Virus record (IMG/VR): IMGVR_UViG_3300032286_001250
Coordinates: 1 to 52,226 of that record
DNA length: 52,226 bases
Direction: 5' to 3' (one strand)
From: a virus
Taxonomy: Duplodnaviria > Caudoviricetes
Part shown: piece by piece, positions 9,098 to 18,060 of the stretch
How positions within the stretch are numbered: position 1 is the first letter of the stretch
Layout of the letters: each line of letters begins with the position of its first letter
Program-made: the position numbers and the translations under genes
Notes under the pieces: model-generated
What the model was told of the DNA's origin: nothing
The model's input: the letters and a program-made list of their open reading frames with translations, nothing else
The model's database searches: none

Positions 9098-10144
9098 TCA
9101 GAGCTTGAATTTGCCTCGAAGGGCGGTGAGTTTCTCGGCCTGGAGCCAGCGGCGGTACGTCCTCGTGTGGATCTCGAGGGAGTGGCCCATCAGCTGGCAG
9201 CCGATGTCCGCGGGGACACCGACGGTGATCAGGCGGATGGCGTAGGCGTGCCTCAGGGTGTAGAGACCCCAGGGGATGGGGCCTCGATCGTGCAGGGCGT
9301 CGTTGGCCACCTTGGCGATGGTCTCTTTGCCTTGGGGCGGCCGCGGTAGCCCCCCGAGGTCGAACCGATCGATCCAGCGCTGGGGGACCGGCCAGGCGAT
9401 CCGGTTTCCGGTCTTGGTGTCGTCGGCGATGACGCAGTTTCCCTCGCGGTCGAGCTCGGATTGGACGGCTTCGTGGGGCCTGATGCCGAAGGTGGCGCAC
9501 ATCCCGTAGAGCCAGCGCCAGTGGGGCAGCTTGATCAGGGAGTAGAGGCGCTCTATCTCGAGGTCGCTGGGGATGTCGCGGGGGGTGAGGTTGGCGGAGG
9601 TGTAGCCCCGGCCGGCGGCCTGGACGTTCTCGGGGGGAATTCCGGTGGCCTTGCAGATCTGGGCCAGGATGTTGGCGGTGTCCCGGCGGCCGGCGGTGCC
9701 CTCAGGGAGGGTGCGGACGATGCGGAGGGCCACTGCCTCGGTGACGGCCCCGCTGGGGGGCAGCTTGTTGAGGGCGGGGCGCCACTTCTTGATCCAAGAG
9801 GTCTCGGTTTTGAAGCGCTGCTCGTAGAGGCGGCGGCCGGCCTCGCGGAAGGCCTCGACCGTCAGGACGTCGACGTCCTCGGGGGATTCCCAGAGGTGCC
9901 AGGCGAAGCTGTTGGTGCGGAGCTGGTGGGCCAGCTCGATGGCGCGGCGTTCGGCCTCGGGGAGAGCGGAGTAGTCCGCGTTTAGTCCCAGGGCGATCCG
10001 CTGCTGGCGTTTTCGGGTCGGATCCTCGCGCTCGGGGAGGGTGGTGCGGAGGTAGATGGAGTCCCGGCGGCGCTCGACGCAGCAGCGGTGATGGCCGGCC
10101 TTGAGGCGGGCGTTGAGGTCGGCCAAGGCGGCATCCAGGGACAC
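9098..10144 (-). CDS. int: tyrosine integrase
   Basis: FGIRPHE (Arg), TKTG (Lys), YTLRHAYA (HxxR-type box), LMGHS...Y catalytic motifs; adjacent to attP. Confidence 0.92.
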   Translation of the reverse strand: MSLDAALADLNARLKAGHHRCCVERRRDSIYLRTTLPEREDPTRKRQQRIALGLNADYSALPEAERRAIELAHQLRTNSFAWHLWESPEDVDVLTVEAFREAGRRLYEQRFKTETSWIKKWRPALNKLPPSGAVTEAVALRIVRTLPEGTAGRRDTANILAQICKATGIPPENVQAAGRGYTSANLTPRDIPSDLEIERLYSLIKLPHWRWLYGMCATFGIRPHEAVQSELDREGNCVIADDTKTGNRIAWPVPQRWIDRFDLGGLPRPPQGKETIAKVANDALHDRGPIPWGLYTLRHAYAIRLITVGVPADIGCQLMGHSLEIHTRTYRRWLQAEKLTALRGKFKL

Positions 10145-10146
10145 GG

Positions 10147-10168
10147 GCGTGGACTAAAGCGTGGACTG
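10147..10168. promoter_or_regulatory. putative integrase arm-type sites (GCGTGGACT x2)
   Basis: Direct repeats at 10147 and 10159; a similar pair (GTGTGGACTA / GGAGGACTAA) at 10378-10399 lies on the other side of the att core with matching 12-bp spacing. Confidence 0.6.
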
Positions 10169-10215
10169 ATTCTGCCGCGTGTCTTGGCCTAGACAGGCCT
10201 AACGAGGTCCGAAAC

Positions 10216-10244
10216 AAAAAAGCCGCCTCTGGTGAGAAGCGGCT
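10216..10244 (-). terminator. Rho-independent terminator downstream of the tRNA fragment
   Basis: Minus strand AGCCGCTTCT-CACC-AGAGGCGGCT followed by TTTTT. Confidence 0.75.
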
Positions 10245-10274
10245 CTATGACTGGGATTCAAGGCTGGAACTGAA

Positions 10275-10316
10275 TCGGAGCGACAGGATTTGAACCTGCG
10301 ACCCCCACTACCCCAA
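10275..10316 (-). other. attP: attP core: 3' half of tRNA-Pro(GGG)
   Basis: Minus strand TTGGGGT-AGTGG-GGGTC-GCAGG-TTCAAAT-CCTGT-CGCTCCG-A = anticodon loop, 3' anticodon stem, T arm and acceptor 3' strand; 5' half absent; next to int. Confidence 0.88.
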
Positions 10317-10422
10317 CGGGGCGGGCTGCGCTTGAAAAGCACTGGGGTGGCTGGGTTTTTGGAGTCTGTAGTGGGGGGTGTGGACTACAGGAGGACTAAG
10401 CTGGGAGGTACGACCCTTGGCT

Positions 10423-11700
10423 ATGGCTTCCCTGGTTTCGGATGCTGCAGTGGATTCGCTGCGGCCCCTGCTTGAGTTCATCTATGCGGGGGAGGGGGGC
10501 TACGACAGCTACAACCGCGGGGTAGCCGGCGACTCCCCGAGCCCGTACCCCCATGGGGGCCTGCAGAAGCTGTCGATCGCCCAGGTGATGGCCAAGCAGG
10601 CCAACGGCGAGCTGTTTGCGGTGGGGGCGGCCCAGTTCATCCCTGACACGCTGCGAATGGCGGTGGACACCCTCGGGGTGGACATCACGGACAAGTTCAA
10701 TGCGGCAAACCAGGACCGCCTGGCGGTGGCATTGCTGATCGGCGGGAAACGGCCGGCGCTGGCGACCTACCTGCTGGGCAAGAGCAACGACCTGGCCAAG
10801 GCCCAGCTGGATCTGGCCAAGGAGTGGGCCAGCATCCCAGGCCCCGATGGCCGGGGTTTCTACGACGGGGACTCCGCCGGCAACAGGGCCACCCAGAAGG
10901 TCCAGGCAGTGAAGGCGGCGCTTCGCGCTGGCAGGGAGGGCCTGCGGCCGAAGGCTGCGCCAACTCAAGTCGCGGATGCGACGCATGAGACGCCTCAGGC
11001 GCCGAAGGCGCAGGCGCAGGCGCAGGCGCTGTTCGAGCTGAAAGCTCTGCAGGACACCTGGCTGAAGAAGCGGCCCGTGCCGTCAGGGGAGCTCAAGGCA
11101 GAGGAGAAGGTGGCGGTCCCCCGAGGGCGGGTCTACGGGGTGGCGTCTCTGAAGGAGGTGCCAGCGGATGGGCATGCCCAGGTCGTCCTCGGGGGAGACG
11201 CGGGGGAGTGGTTCGTGTTCGAGCCTCATTGGCGGCAGGGCCAGGCGGTGGGGGAGGCCCTGCCGAAGGTAGTGGACTGGGGTGATATGAACTGCCTGGT
11301 GACGCCGAATCTGACGGTGGGGGAGGTGCTGCAGTGGGACGCCCGCCGGGCGCCAGCCGCCAACTCGGCGGACATCCGCAGGATCCTGGACACCGCGGCC
11401 CAGTACCAAAGGGTGCGGGATGCCTGGGGGGCGCCGCTGGGCGTGACGAGCTTCTACCGGCCAGAGCCGTTCAACTCCGAGGTCGGTGGGGTGAGGGGGA
11501 GCCAGCACATTGCTGGCAATGCGATGGACGTGTACCCGATCGGCCGGGATCTGCGGTCGTTCTACGACTGGATCCGGGGCCGGTGGACTGGGGGCCTGGG
11601 CGATGGCCGGAACAAGGGGTTCATCCACCTCGATCGGCGCGGCGGCGGGGGCTTCGTGCCTGGGGCAGGGGCCAGGCCGGCGGCCGAGTGGCTCTATTGA
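10423..11700 (+). CDS. endolysin: lysozyme-like N-terminal domain + central region + peptidase M15 domain
   Basis: GEGGY...AVGAAQF..NQD..EWASIP (lambda-lysozyme-like); SFYR..N..VGG..SQH..GNAMD...FIHLD (M15 Zn peptidase). Confidence 0.85.
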   Translation: MASLVSDAAVDSLRPLLEFIYAGEGGYDSYNRGVAGDSPSPYPHGGLQKLSIAQVMAKQANGELFAVGAAQFIPDTLRMAVDTLGVDITDKFNAANQDRLAVALLIGGKRPALATYLLGKSNDLAKAQLDLAKEWASIPGPDGRGFYDGDSAGNRATQKVQAVKAALRAGREGLRPKAAPTQVADATHETPQAPKAQAQAQALFELKALQDTWLKKRPVPSGELKAEEKVAVPRGRVYGVASLKEVPADGHAQVVLGGDAGEWFVFEPHWRQGQAVGEALPKVVDWGDMNCLVTPNLTVGEVLQWDARRAPAANSADIRRILDTAAQYQRVRDAWGAPLGVTSFYRPEPFNSEVGGVRGSQHIAGNAMDVYPIGRDLRSFYDWIRGRWTGGLGDGRNKGFIHLDRRGGGGFVPGAGARPAAEWLY

Positions 11701-11969
11701 GGGTCGCCCTCGGGGGAGAATCGGCCGTTTTCGTCGCGGCGGCGCTTGGGTGCGGGGGGTTGGAGCCAGGGGTTGATGGTGTTCAGGCCCAGGCCGGTGG
11801 CGCCGCCGCCGAAAAACAAGGCTTGGGCCGTTTGCCACTGGGGCTCGCATTGGCCGGAGACCTTGGCGCGGAGTTCACAGGTGCTGACGTAGACGATTCC
11901 GAAGGCGATCTGGCCGATGGCTAGGGCCGAGACGGTAGCTGCCGGGAGGGTGAGGTTCGAGATTTTCAT
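11694..11969 (-). CDS. small membrane protein, holin/lysis accessory candidate
   Basis: Two hydrophobic segments and a charged tail; abuts the endolysin. Confidence 0.5.
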   Translation of the reverse strand: MKISNLTLPAATVSALAIGQIAFGIVYVSTCELRAKVSGQCEPQWQTAQALFFGGGATGLGLNTINPWLQPPAPKRRRDENGRFSPEGDPQ

Positions 11970-12364
11970 CGGGGGCGCTCTTGTCGTAGTTGTTCTTGGT
12001 CAATTTTGACTAAGCGTTCGCGGTTGATTCCGACTCCGACTAAGGCGATCAGAGCGATGATGACTGCGGCAAGGTTGATGGCTTGACTGAAAGACCAACC
12101 AGCCATACCGAGGCCGCCCCGTTGTCGTGCTTCTGACGCTATAAGGTCATCAACTTTCTCGGAGAGCTCGCGCATATCGTCGCGAGTCACTTGACACTTC
12201 TCGAGCTCGATCTGACGTTGTTCGAGTCTCTCGACTCGGGCCATGAAAGAAGTGACCTGGCTTTGAGACTGGACGATAGAGTTTTGGAGGCCTAGAAGCA
12301 TGCCCTCGAGCTTGGCCAGCCGGTCGATGAGGGTTATGAGGCTGATCTCACCGGACTCGGGCAT
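11966..12364 (-). CDS. coiled-coil protein with C-terminal TM helix (XhlA/holin-like)
   Basis: Heptad N-terminus, then NLAAVIIALIALVGVGI TM segment. Confidence 0.55.
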   Translation of the reverse strand: MPESGEISLITLIDRLAKLEGMLLGLQNSIVQSQSQVTSFMARVERLEQRQIELEKCQVTRDDMRELSEKVDDLIASEARQRGGLGMAGWSFSQAINLAAVIIALIALVGVGINRERLVKIDQEQLRQERPR

Positions 12365-12410
12365 GAACCTGGGGCAACGGGGCGTCTAAAGGAAGCGTAG
12401 CGATCTGCGA

Positions 12411-12731
12411 TCAGGTCACAGTGGCATCCGTACCTGCAAAAACTCGCACAGGGTTACGGGGCTGTACTAGGTATTGCTCCAGTTCAGGCGGCAAGGTGTC
12501 AGCGGCGTAGTTGGCGTGCCAGCCGGGCAGGATGGTGGGTGGGACCAGTTCAGCACCGGTCTGTTGATCCCAGACGCCACCTCGCGAGATGGTGCCGATC
12601 ACGTCCAGCGCCCAGGTGTGCGTGGCGGTGATGACGATAGTGGCGCCGGAGTCGTCAACGGTGGTGAAGCCGGCGGCCTCTAGTGCTGCCATGCCGGTGG
12701 GCTCGTCGGGGAAGCGCAGGTAGTGGGTCAT
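12411..12731 (-). CDS. putative fibre assembly/chaperone protein
   Basis: YLRF.DE...GWHAN...P.NPVRVFAG pattern seen in small proteins that follow phage fibre genes; overlaps the stop of the fibre gene. Confidence 0.55.
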   Translation of the reverse strand: MTHYLRFPDEPTGMAALEAAGFTTVDDSGATIVITATHTWALDVIGTISRGGVWDQQTGAELVPPTILPGWHANYAADTLPPELEQYLVQPRNPVRVFAGTDATVT

Positions 12732-14029
12732 CGGGTGAGCGCCTGGAGAATGCGGTTGGGGAGGCGTTGTGGCCAGTAGGTAATGCGTTTGTATGTTCTG
12801 TTGCCGTAATAAACGTTATTTACCCTTGCTCCAATGCGAAGCAAAGTTGCGGGGACAGTATCTGTAAGAGCACTTGTCAAAATGTTGCCTCCGTTTGCGC
12901 TGGCTGCAATTCCTTGTGCCACGGAATAGTTAGTGGCAAAGCGATTAGCAACTAAGCTTAAAGTTAAACTTACACTACCTACCTGCACGTTATTTATCAG
13001 GTGAGTGAAGGATGCAAATGTTGTGCCATTTCTCCAGAATCTTATTTCATCAATGTTTGAGTTTCCTTGGAGTGTTAAATACGCCTGAAAAGGTACATAA
13101 GCAGATGGTTCTGCGGCGTCTATGAACACCGTTCCTTCATCCTGTCGATACCAACTGCTAAATGCTGCTCCCGTGATGCTGGCTACATCTGCGCTGCGGG
13201 TTACGGTGGCGCCGGAGGTGGGGATGTAAGAAGATGGGTAAGTTGCTACTTCAGCTTGAACCCCTGCAATAATTATGTTATCACCTGCGGTCGCATATAG
13301 ATTAGAGCCTATTCCTACTAGAAAACCTTGTCCATTCCCTGTTATTATAGAGTAGCATCTGTACCACCCATTCCCGTAGTTTATTATTTTGCTTGTGCCA
13401 AAGTCATCTCTAGTGACAGATGCGGAGCTTAAATTCCATGTCGCAAAGCTGCTAGTCCCAAGCCTTAAAAAGATCGAATCCCCTTGAGATCCAAGTCTAG
13501 CAAAAAAAGAATAAGCAAAGGTTGATCCTGAGGTGGCAATTCCTATGGTAATTCTTTGATCACTACCACTATTGTTCGCGGCCAACCTTCTGCCAGTAGA
13601 AAAAATGCCTGGCAAACCTGTTGCTAAAGTGTTTGTAATTCCAGTCCCGCCACTGGTTGTAGGCATGGAATCTGTCAATGTATTTGTCCTCGCCTCCTCC
13701 ACCAGCAGCCCCAGACTTTCCCCGGTAGTCGGGTTGTGATCAAAGCGCGGCTCGTTGACTGCTGCTGTTTTGAGCAAGCCGTCGCCAGCCACATAGGTGC
13801 CAGTGCTGGCGCGGGTGAAGGTGATTAGGTTCTGGCCGGTGACGGCATCGTTCAGCGTCTTGCTTTCGGCAAAGCGCAGATCAAGTGATGGGATGTGCCC
13901 CGCTCGCAGCCATAGGTCGCTGGTTTGCGGCCAACTGCGCTCTGTCTGCAACGTCCGTTGCTTGGGCCAGGCGTCATTGGTACGGATGATCCAACCAGGA
14001 TCCGGCCATTGGCGGGGCGACTGGTTCAC
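12728..14029 (-). CDS. fibre/spike protein with carbohydrate-binding-like domains
   Basis: TFTRASTGTY...PRFDH.P.TGESLGLLVEEARTN, NGWYRC and SSYIPT..ATVTRSAD motifs of phage spike/fibre proteins. Confidence 0.75.
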   Translation of the reverse strand: MNQSPRQWPDPGWIIRTNDAWPKQRTLQTERSWPQTSDLWLRAGHIPSLDLRFAESKTLNDAVTGQNLITFTRASTGTYVAGDGLLKTAAVNEPRFDHNPTTGESLGLLVEEARTNTLTDSMPTTSGGTGITNTLATGLPGIFSTGRRLAANNSGSDQRITIGIATSGSTFAYSFFARLGSQGDSIFLRLGTSSFATWNLSSASVTRDDFGTSKIINYGNGWYRCYSIITGNGQGFLVGIGSNLYATAGDNIIIAGVQAEVATYPSSYIPTSGATVTRSADVASITGAAFSSWYRQDEGTVFIDAAEPSAYVPFQAYLTLQGNSNIDEIRFWRNGTTFASFTHLINNVQVGSVSLTLSLVANRFATNYSVAQGIAASANGGNILTSALTDTVPATLLRIGARVNNVYYGNRTYKRITYWPQRLPNRILQALTR

Positions 14030-14412
14030 GTCAAGTCAGCCCCCAGGGCAAACACCCGCGTCGCCTGCGCGATCGTCGTGGTGCAGCCTACCTTCCACGA
14101 TGCACTGGGCAGTACCAAATTGGTGTAGGTGCTGAAGTTGCGGTTGCCCTTGACGGTGGTGCTGACCGTGGCCGCTGTGATGGCGATCTGATCGAACAGA
14201 TGCCAGTTGGCGCCGTCGTACAGGAACAGGTTGATCAGCGCAGCGGCCGAGGTGGCGGAACACTGCGCGTTGATTTCCAGGACTCTGGTGCCGGCAGTGA
14301 CACCAGTCAAAAGGTCTGTGATCGTGCCGGTGCCGTCAATTGCCGTGTTGGCTGATGACACACTGGCAACGCCGATGCGCGGCGTGGAAATGAAGGCGGG
14401 TGAAGTGGCCAT
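14026..14412 (-). CDS. virion structural protein (fibre-associated)
   Basis: 128 aa beta-rich ORF coupled to its neighbours in the tail operon. Confidence 0.6.
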   Translation of the reverse strand: MATSPAFISTPRIGVASVSSANTAIDGTGTITDLLTGVTAGTRVLEINAQCSATSAAALINLFLYDGANWHLFDQIAITAATVSTTVKGNRNFSTYTNLVLPSASWKVGCTTTIAQATRVFALGADLT

Positions 14413-14415
14413 GGT

Positions 14416-15882
14416 TCAGATGTAGTAAGCGGACAGGACAAGAGCGTTGACTGCCCGTGTCTGGGCAAGGCTGGTTGCTGCTGAGCTGGCCGATGTGGCC
14501 GCATTGCTGGCCTGAGTGCTGGCCGTGCTCGCGCTGCCAGAGGCAGCTGTAGCGGAAGTCGCAGAATTGGTGGCACTGGTAGCGGCAGCCGTGGCTGAGC
14601 TGGCTGCATTGGTCGCAGACGTGGCGGCGTTGCCGGCTTGGGTGGTGGCGGTGCTTGCCGAACCACTGGCGCTGGTTGCTGAACTGGCGGCGTTGGTTGC
14701 AGACGTGGCGGCCTCGGTAGCCTTGGTGGTGGCGGTGGTCGCAGAGCCTGCTGCTGCAGTGGCCGAAGTGGAAGCCTCGCTGGCCTTGGTTGTTGCTGTC
14801 GTGGCAGAGCCGCTGGCACTGGTGGCGCTTGTCGCTGCATCTGTGGCGGAGGTGCTCGCCTCTGCCGCCTTGGTGGTGGCCGTTCCGGCCGAGGTGCTCC
14901 CCGAGATCGCACTGTTTGCAGCGTTGGTGGCCTGAGTTGAAGCTGTGGTGGCGGAGCCGCTTGCGGCCGTGGCGCTCGCTGCAGCGGCGGTAGCACTGCC
15001 GGCAGCTGCCGTGGCACTGGTCGAGGCGTCGCTCGCCTTGGTGGTGGCGGTCGCCGCAGAGGTGTTGGCTTCGCCAGCTTTCGTTGTGGCCGTGATGGCG
15101 GAGCCGCTGGCGCTGGTGGCGCTGCTCAGAGCTTCGCTGGCCTTGGTCGTCGCCGTTCCGGCGGAGCCGGCCGCACTCGTGGCCGATGACGCTGCCTCAG
15201 AGGCTTTGGTGGTGGCTGTTCCGGCAGAGCCGCTCGCTGAGGTGGCTGAACCCGAGGCCGCTGTCGCTGAAGTTGCGGCCTCGGAGGCTTTCGTTGTGGC
15301 GGTTGCGGCGGAAGCGCTGGCGCTGGTTGCGGAGGTGGAGGCGTTGGTTGCTGATGCAGCGGCCTCGGAGGCTTTGGTTGTGGCGGTGGAAGCACTGCCG
15401 GCCGCGCTGGTCGCACTGGAAGTAGCTTCGCTGGCCTTGGTGGAAGCTGTAGTGGCGGAGCCACTGGCGTCACTCGCTTTGGTCGTGGCGGTGCTTGCGG
15501 AAGCGCCGGCGTTTGAGGCGCTTGTGGCTGCTTCTGCAGCCTTGGTCGTCGCAGTGGTGGCGGAGCCGGCCGCGTTGGTGGCGCTGGTGCTGGCCTGGGT
15601 CGCCTTGGTCGTGGCTGTGGCGGCTGACCCACTGGCACTGGTTGCGGAGCTGGCCGCTTGCGAAGCGGACGTGCCGGCATTCTGGGCGTAGCCCATGGCA
15701 ATGCCGTTGGCCTCTGCCGCCAAGCTGGCCAGCCATTGAGCCTCGGTGCCGACAAAGCCCTGTTCGACGGCGACGTCGTAGGCCGAGTGTCCGATCGGCC
15801 CCTGGAGGCCGGGGACGATGACTTCGACCGTCGAGACGCCCTCGGGGGCGCCAAGGGTGGCAAACTCAACGATGTAATTCAT
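14416..15882 (-). CDS. Ala/Ser/Thr-repeat coiled-coil tail fibre (Stf-like shaft)
   Basis: About 400 aa of ~21-aa repeats such as ATTKASEAATSATSASGSAxT after a GxxG/AYDVAV..GFVGTEAQWLASL N-terminus. Confidence 0.75.
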   Translation of the reverse strand: MNYIVEFATLGAPEGVSTVEVIVPGLQGPIGHSAYDVAVEQGFVGTEAQWLASLAAEANGIAMGYAQNAGTSASQAASSATSASGSAATATTKATQASTSATNAAGSATTATTKAAEAATSASNAGASASTATTKASDASGSATTASTKASEATSSATSAAGSASTATTKASEAAASATNASTSATSASASAATATTKASEAATSATAASGSATSASGSAGTATTKASEAASSATSAAGSAGTATTKASEALSSATSASGSAITATTKAGEANTSAATATTKASDASTSATAAAGSATAAAASATAASGSATTASTQATNAANSAISGSTSAGTATTKAAEASTSATDAATSATSASGSATTATTKASEASTSATAAAGSATTATTKATEAATSATNAASSATSASGSASTATTQAGNAATSATNAASSATAAATSATNSATSATAASGSASTASTQASNAATSASSAATSLAQTRAVNALVLSAYYI

Positions 15883-16238
15883 GTTTCCCCCGAGTACGTG
15901 ATGTCGTTGGTCACTGGACCGCGCAGGGGGTAGAAGGCCAGGGCCGCAGGATCAGGGGGATCGAGGCGGAGATCCCACCAAGCGTCCTCGGGGATGGAGA
16001 GCGAGGAGGCCTCGGGGAGCGTCAGCTGGATGTGCCACTGGGTGGCCGGGGTGGTGATGACGCGGTTCAGCCAGGTCAGCGTGATGTCGAAGTATTTGAC
16101 GGTGCGCTCTTGGTTCCAGATCTGGGCGGCAGCGGTGTAACCCGTAAGGTCGGCATATTGTGTATCTGATTTCAAACGGAAGAGCTTGCGCAGTCCGACT
16201 CGCTGGGGGATTTCGAGTGGTGCGTAGGCGGCGCCCAT
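15879..16238 (-). CDS. hypothetical tail/baseplate-associated protein
   Basis: DLTGYTAAAQIW...WDL..PLRG.V pattern common upstream of fibre genes. Confidence 0.55.
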   Translation of the reverse strand: MGAAYAPLEIPQRVGLRKLFRLKSDTQYADLTGYTAAAQIWNQERTVKYFDITLTWLNRVITTPATQWHIQLTLPEASSLSIPEDAWWDLRLDPPDPAALAFYPLRGPVTNDITYSGET

Positions 16239-16284
16239 TCCGAGGATGCTCGATTGGCCAGTTTAGAGCTGCCTGTTGGAAGGG

Positions 16285-17133
16285 TCAGCTGATCTCGGTG
16301 CGGAGCCGGACAGGGCTGTTGATCACGAAGTTGGCGGAGCCCCGGAGGAGATCGTCGGGCGAGACAGCCAAGGAAGATTCAGTCAAAAGAATGGTGGCGC
16401 TGTAGTATAGACCACCGTTGAAAAAGGTACGAGTGTCGCCGCTACAAGGTTGCAAAGCAGAGCTGCGCTTCATGATGAACTTGGCTTCGGCTTTAGCGCC
16501 TCTGGAGAGCATCATGACCAGGCGCAGGAGCTCGTCGGAGCTGAAGCTCGAGCCCCCGGTGTAGCTGCGCAGTAGGAAGTCGAGGGAGCCGGAGCCGGAA
16601 ACGATCACTTTCTCCGAGGACGAGTAGTTGTCACCGACGGCGCTGGCCTCGACGGTGGGGCTGGAGATGTTGAGGCTCCACTTGTTGAGGTCCGCTGGGA
16701 TGACCCAGGCCTGAGCGGTGGCAGCTGCGCTGTAGGCGGTCGCCACCGAGGGGTAGGCCCGTATCGGGGTTTCGTAGGAGACGGTCGTGGATAGCAGCGG
16801 GCTGAGGGCCGTGAGCTGGCCGGCGGAGGCGTGGCCGCAGATGACCAGGGGGCCGGCCGTCAGGCTGGAAAGGCTGAGGCGGCTGGAAGCCGTGTTGTTG
16901 AGAGCGCCCTCGGGGGTGCTGTGGAAGTAAAGGCGGTCGAGAGGGTCGCGGTAGATGTAGGCGTCCAGGGAGCCGCCGCCGTGGACCACGGTGATTGCGT
17001 CGCAGGGCCACCAGTCCGGGCCGTTGACCGTGATGTAGGAGCCAGAGACACTCAGCGCTGCGGCCGGCAGTAGTAGGGGTTCAGGAGCTTCGCGGCGGAA
17101 CTCCAGCCCGCCTTGACGACCGAGGAGATTCAT
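16285..17133 (-). CDS. tail protein with C-terminal tube-like domain
   Basis: WSLNIS..TVEASAVGD...SGSGS...ILLTESSL..SPDD resembles 17617..18057 and tail-tube folds. Confidence 0.55.
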   Translation of the reverse strand: MNLLGRQGGLEFRREAPEPLLLPAAALSVSGSYITVNGPDWWPCDAITVVHGGGSLDAYIYRDPLDRLYFHSTPEGALNNTASSRLSLSSLTAGPLVICGHASAGQLTALSPLLSTTVSYETPIRAYPSVATAYSAAATAQAWVIPADLNKWSLNISSPTVEASAVGDNYSSSEKVIVSGSGSLDFLLRSYTGGSSFSSDELLRLVMMLSRGAKAEAKFIMKRSSALQPCSGDTRTFFNGGLYYSATILLTESSLAVSPDDLLRGSANFVINSPVRLRTEIS

Positions 17134-17147
17134 GGTGCGTCGGTGGA

Positions 17148-17567
17148 TTAAGTGTTACTGATGGTCAGGACCGACGCAGCCACCGAGAACGTGCCTCCGG
17201 CACTCGTTTTGTCCACTGTGAAGTCGTTGTAGCCAATGATTTCATCTGCAGAGCTAGCCCCTCCGCGGGATTTGTAGTAGACAGCGCCACGGGCTGTGAT
17301 GGTGCTGGAAGCCCAGGATGCTGCAGCGAAGGTGAGTGTGACCGCGTGAGTTGAAGTGTTTTTAGCTACAGTACACGTAACGGTTGTGCCCCCTGCGGTG
17401 TAACCGGTTCCAGTCACTTCATTCGTGACATCGGATCGTTTAAGGTGTGTACCTTTGTTCGGGGTGTAGGAGCTCGTAACGAGCAAGACCTTAAAAGTAT
17501 CAGCGTCCGAATCGATAGCTCCTGTAACAAGGTCGTACAGGGCGCTGTCGTAAATGAGGCTGGCCAT
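17148..17567 (-). CDS. virion structural protein
   Basis: DTFKVLLVTSSYTP...NEVTGTGYTAGG...ITARGAVYY, a pattern recurrent in phage tail-region proteins. Confidence 0.65.
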   Translation of the reverse strand: MASLIYDSALYDLVTGAIDSDADTFKVLLVTSSYTPNKGTHLKRSDVTNEVTGTGYTAGGTTVTCTVAKNTSTHAVTLTFAAASWASSTITARGAVYYKSRGGASSADEIIGYNDFTVDKTSAGGTFSVAASVLTISNT

Positions 17568-17616
17568 TGAGCGACGTGCTTATGCACCAGGCTAGCGCTC
17601 AGAATCGGGCGGGTAA

Positions 17617-18057
17617 TCAGGTAGGACGACTGAAAGTGCCTGTGGGTTTACCTGTAACCTGCATCGAGACTTGGACTGCAATGAGATCGCCGAAGGCGAT
17701 GCCAGTTGAGACGCTGGTAATTAAGCAGCTGCATTCCAGGGCTAGGGCCTTGGCTGCGAGATGGTTAGCCGGGACTACACCGCTATAAAGCCGGTCGAAG
17801 ACCACGGTGATCCCCGAGGGCGAGGGTTGATCCGCAAGAATGGTGTTGAAAAGGGTTACGGCGGTTGCGTCCTCGGGGTCAAACAGGATGGTGGCCGAGA
17901 TGGTGCTGGTGCGGAGGCCGTTGGTGAAGGTATTGTCCCAGGAATCTAGGGTTGTTGTTTCAAGGGCGGCTCGGTTGATTTGGGGCTGGATGTTGCGGAC
18001 TTTGCCGATGCGAGTGCCGTTCAGACGGAGCTCGGCTGTTGCGCTGGAGAGGATCAT
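17617..18057 (-). CDS. tail-tube-like minor tail protein
   Basis: IGKVRN..ALETTTLD..GLR..CLITSVS...GDL..VSMQVTG tube-protein pattern. Confidence 0.6.
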   Translation of the reverse strand: MILSSATAELRLNGTRIGKVRNIQPQINRAALETTTLDSWDNTFTNGLRTSTISATILFDPEDATAVTLFNTILADQPSPSGITVVFDRLYSGVVPANHLAAKALALECSCLITSVSTGIAFGDLIAVQVSMQVTGKPTGTFSRPT

Positions 18058-18060
18058 GAT

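Noticed and set aside
10275-10316. Functional tRNA gene
   Set aside because: D arm and 5' acceptor strand are missing; it fits an attP core.
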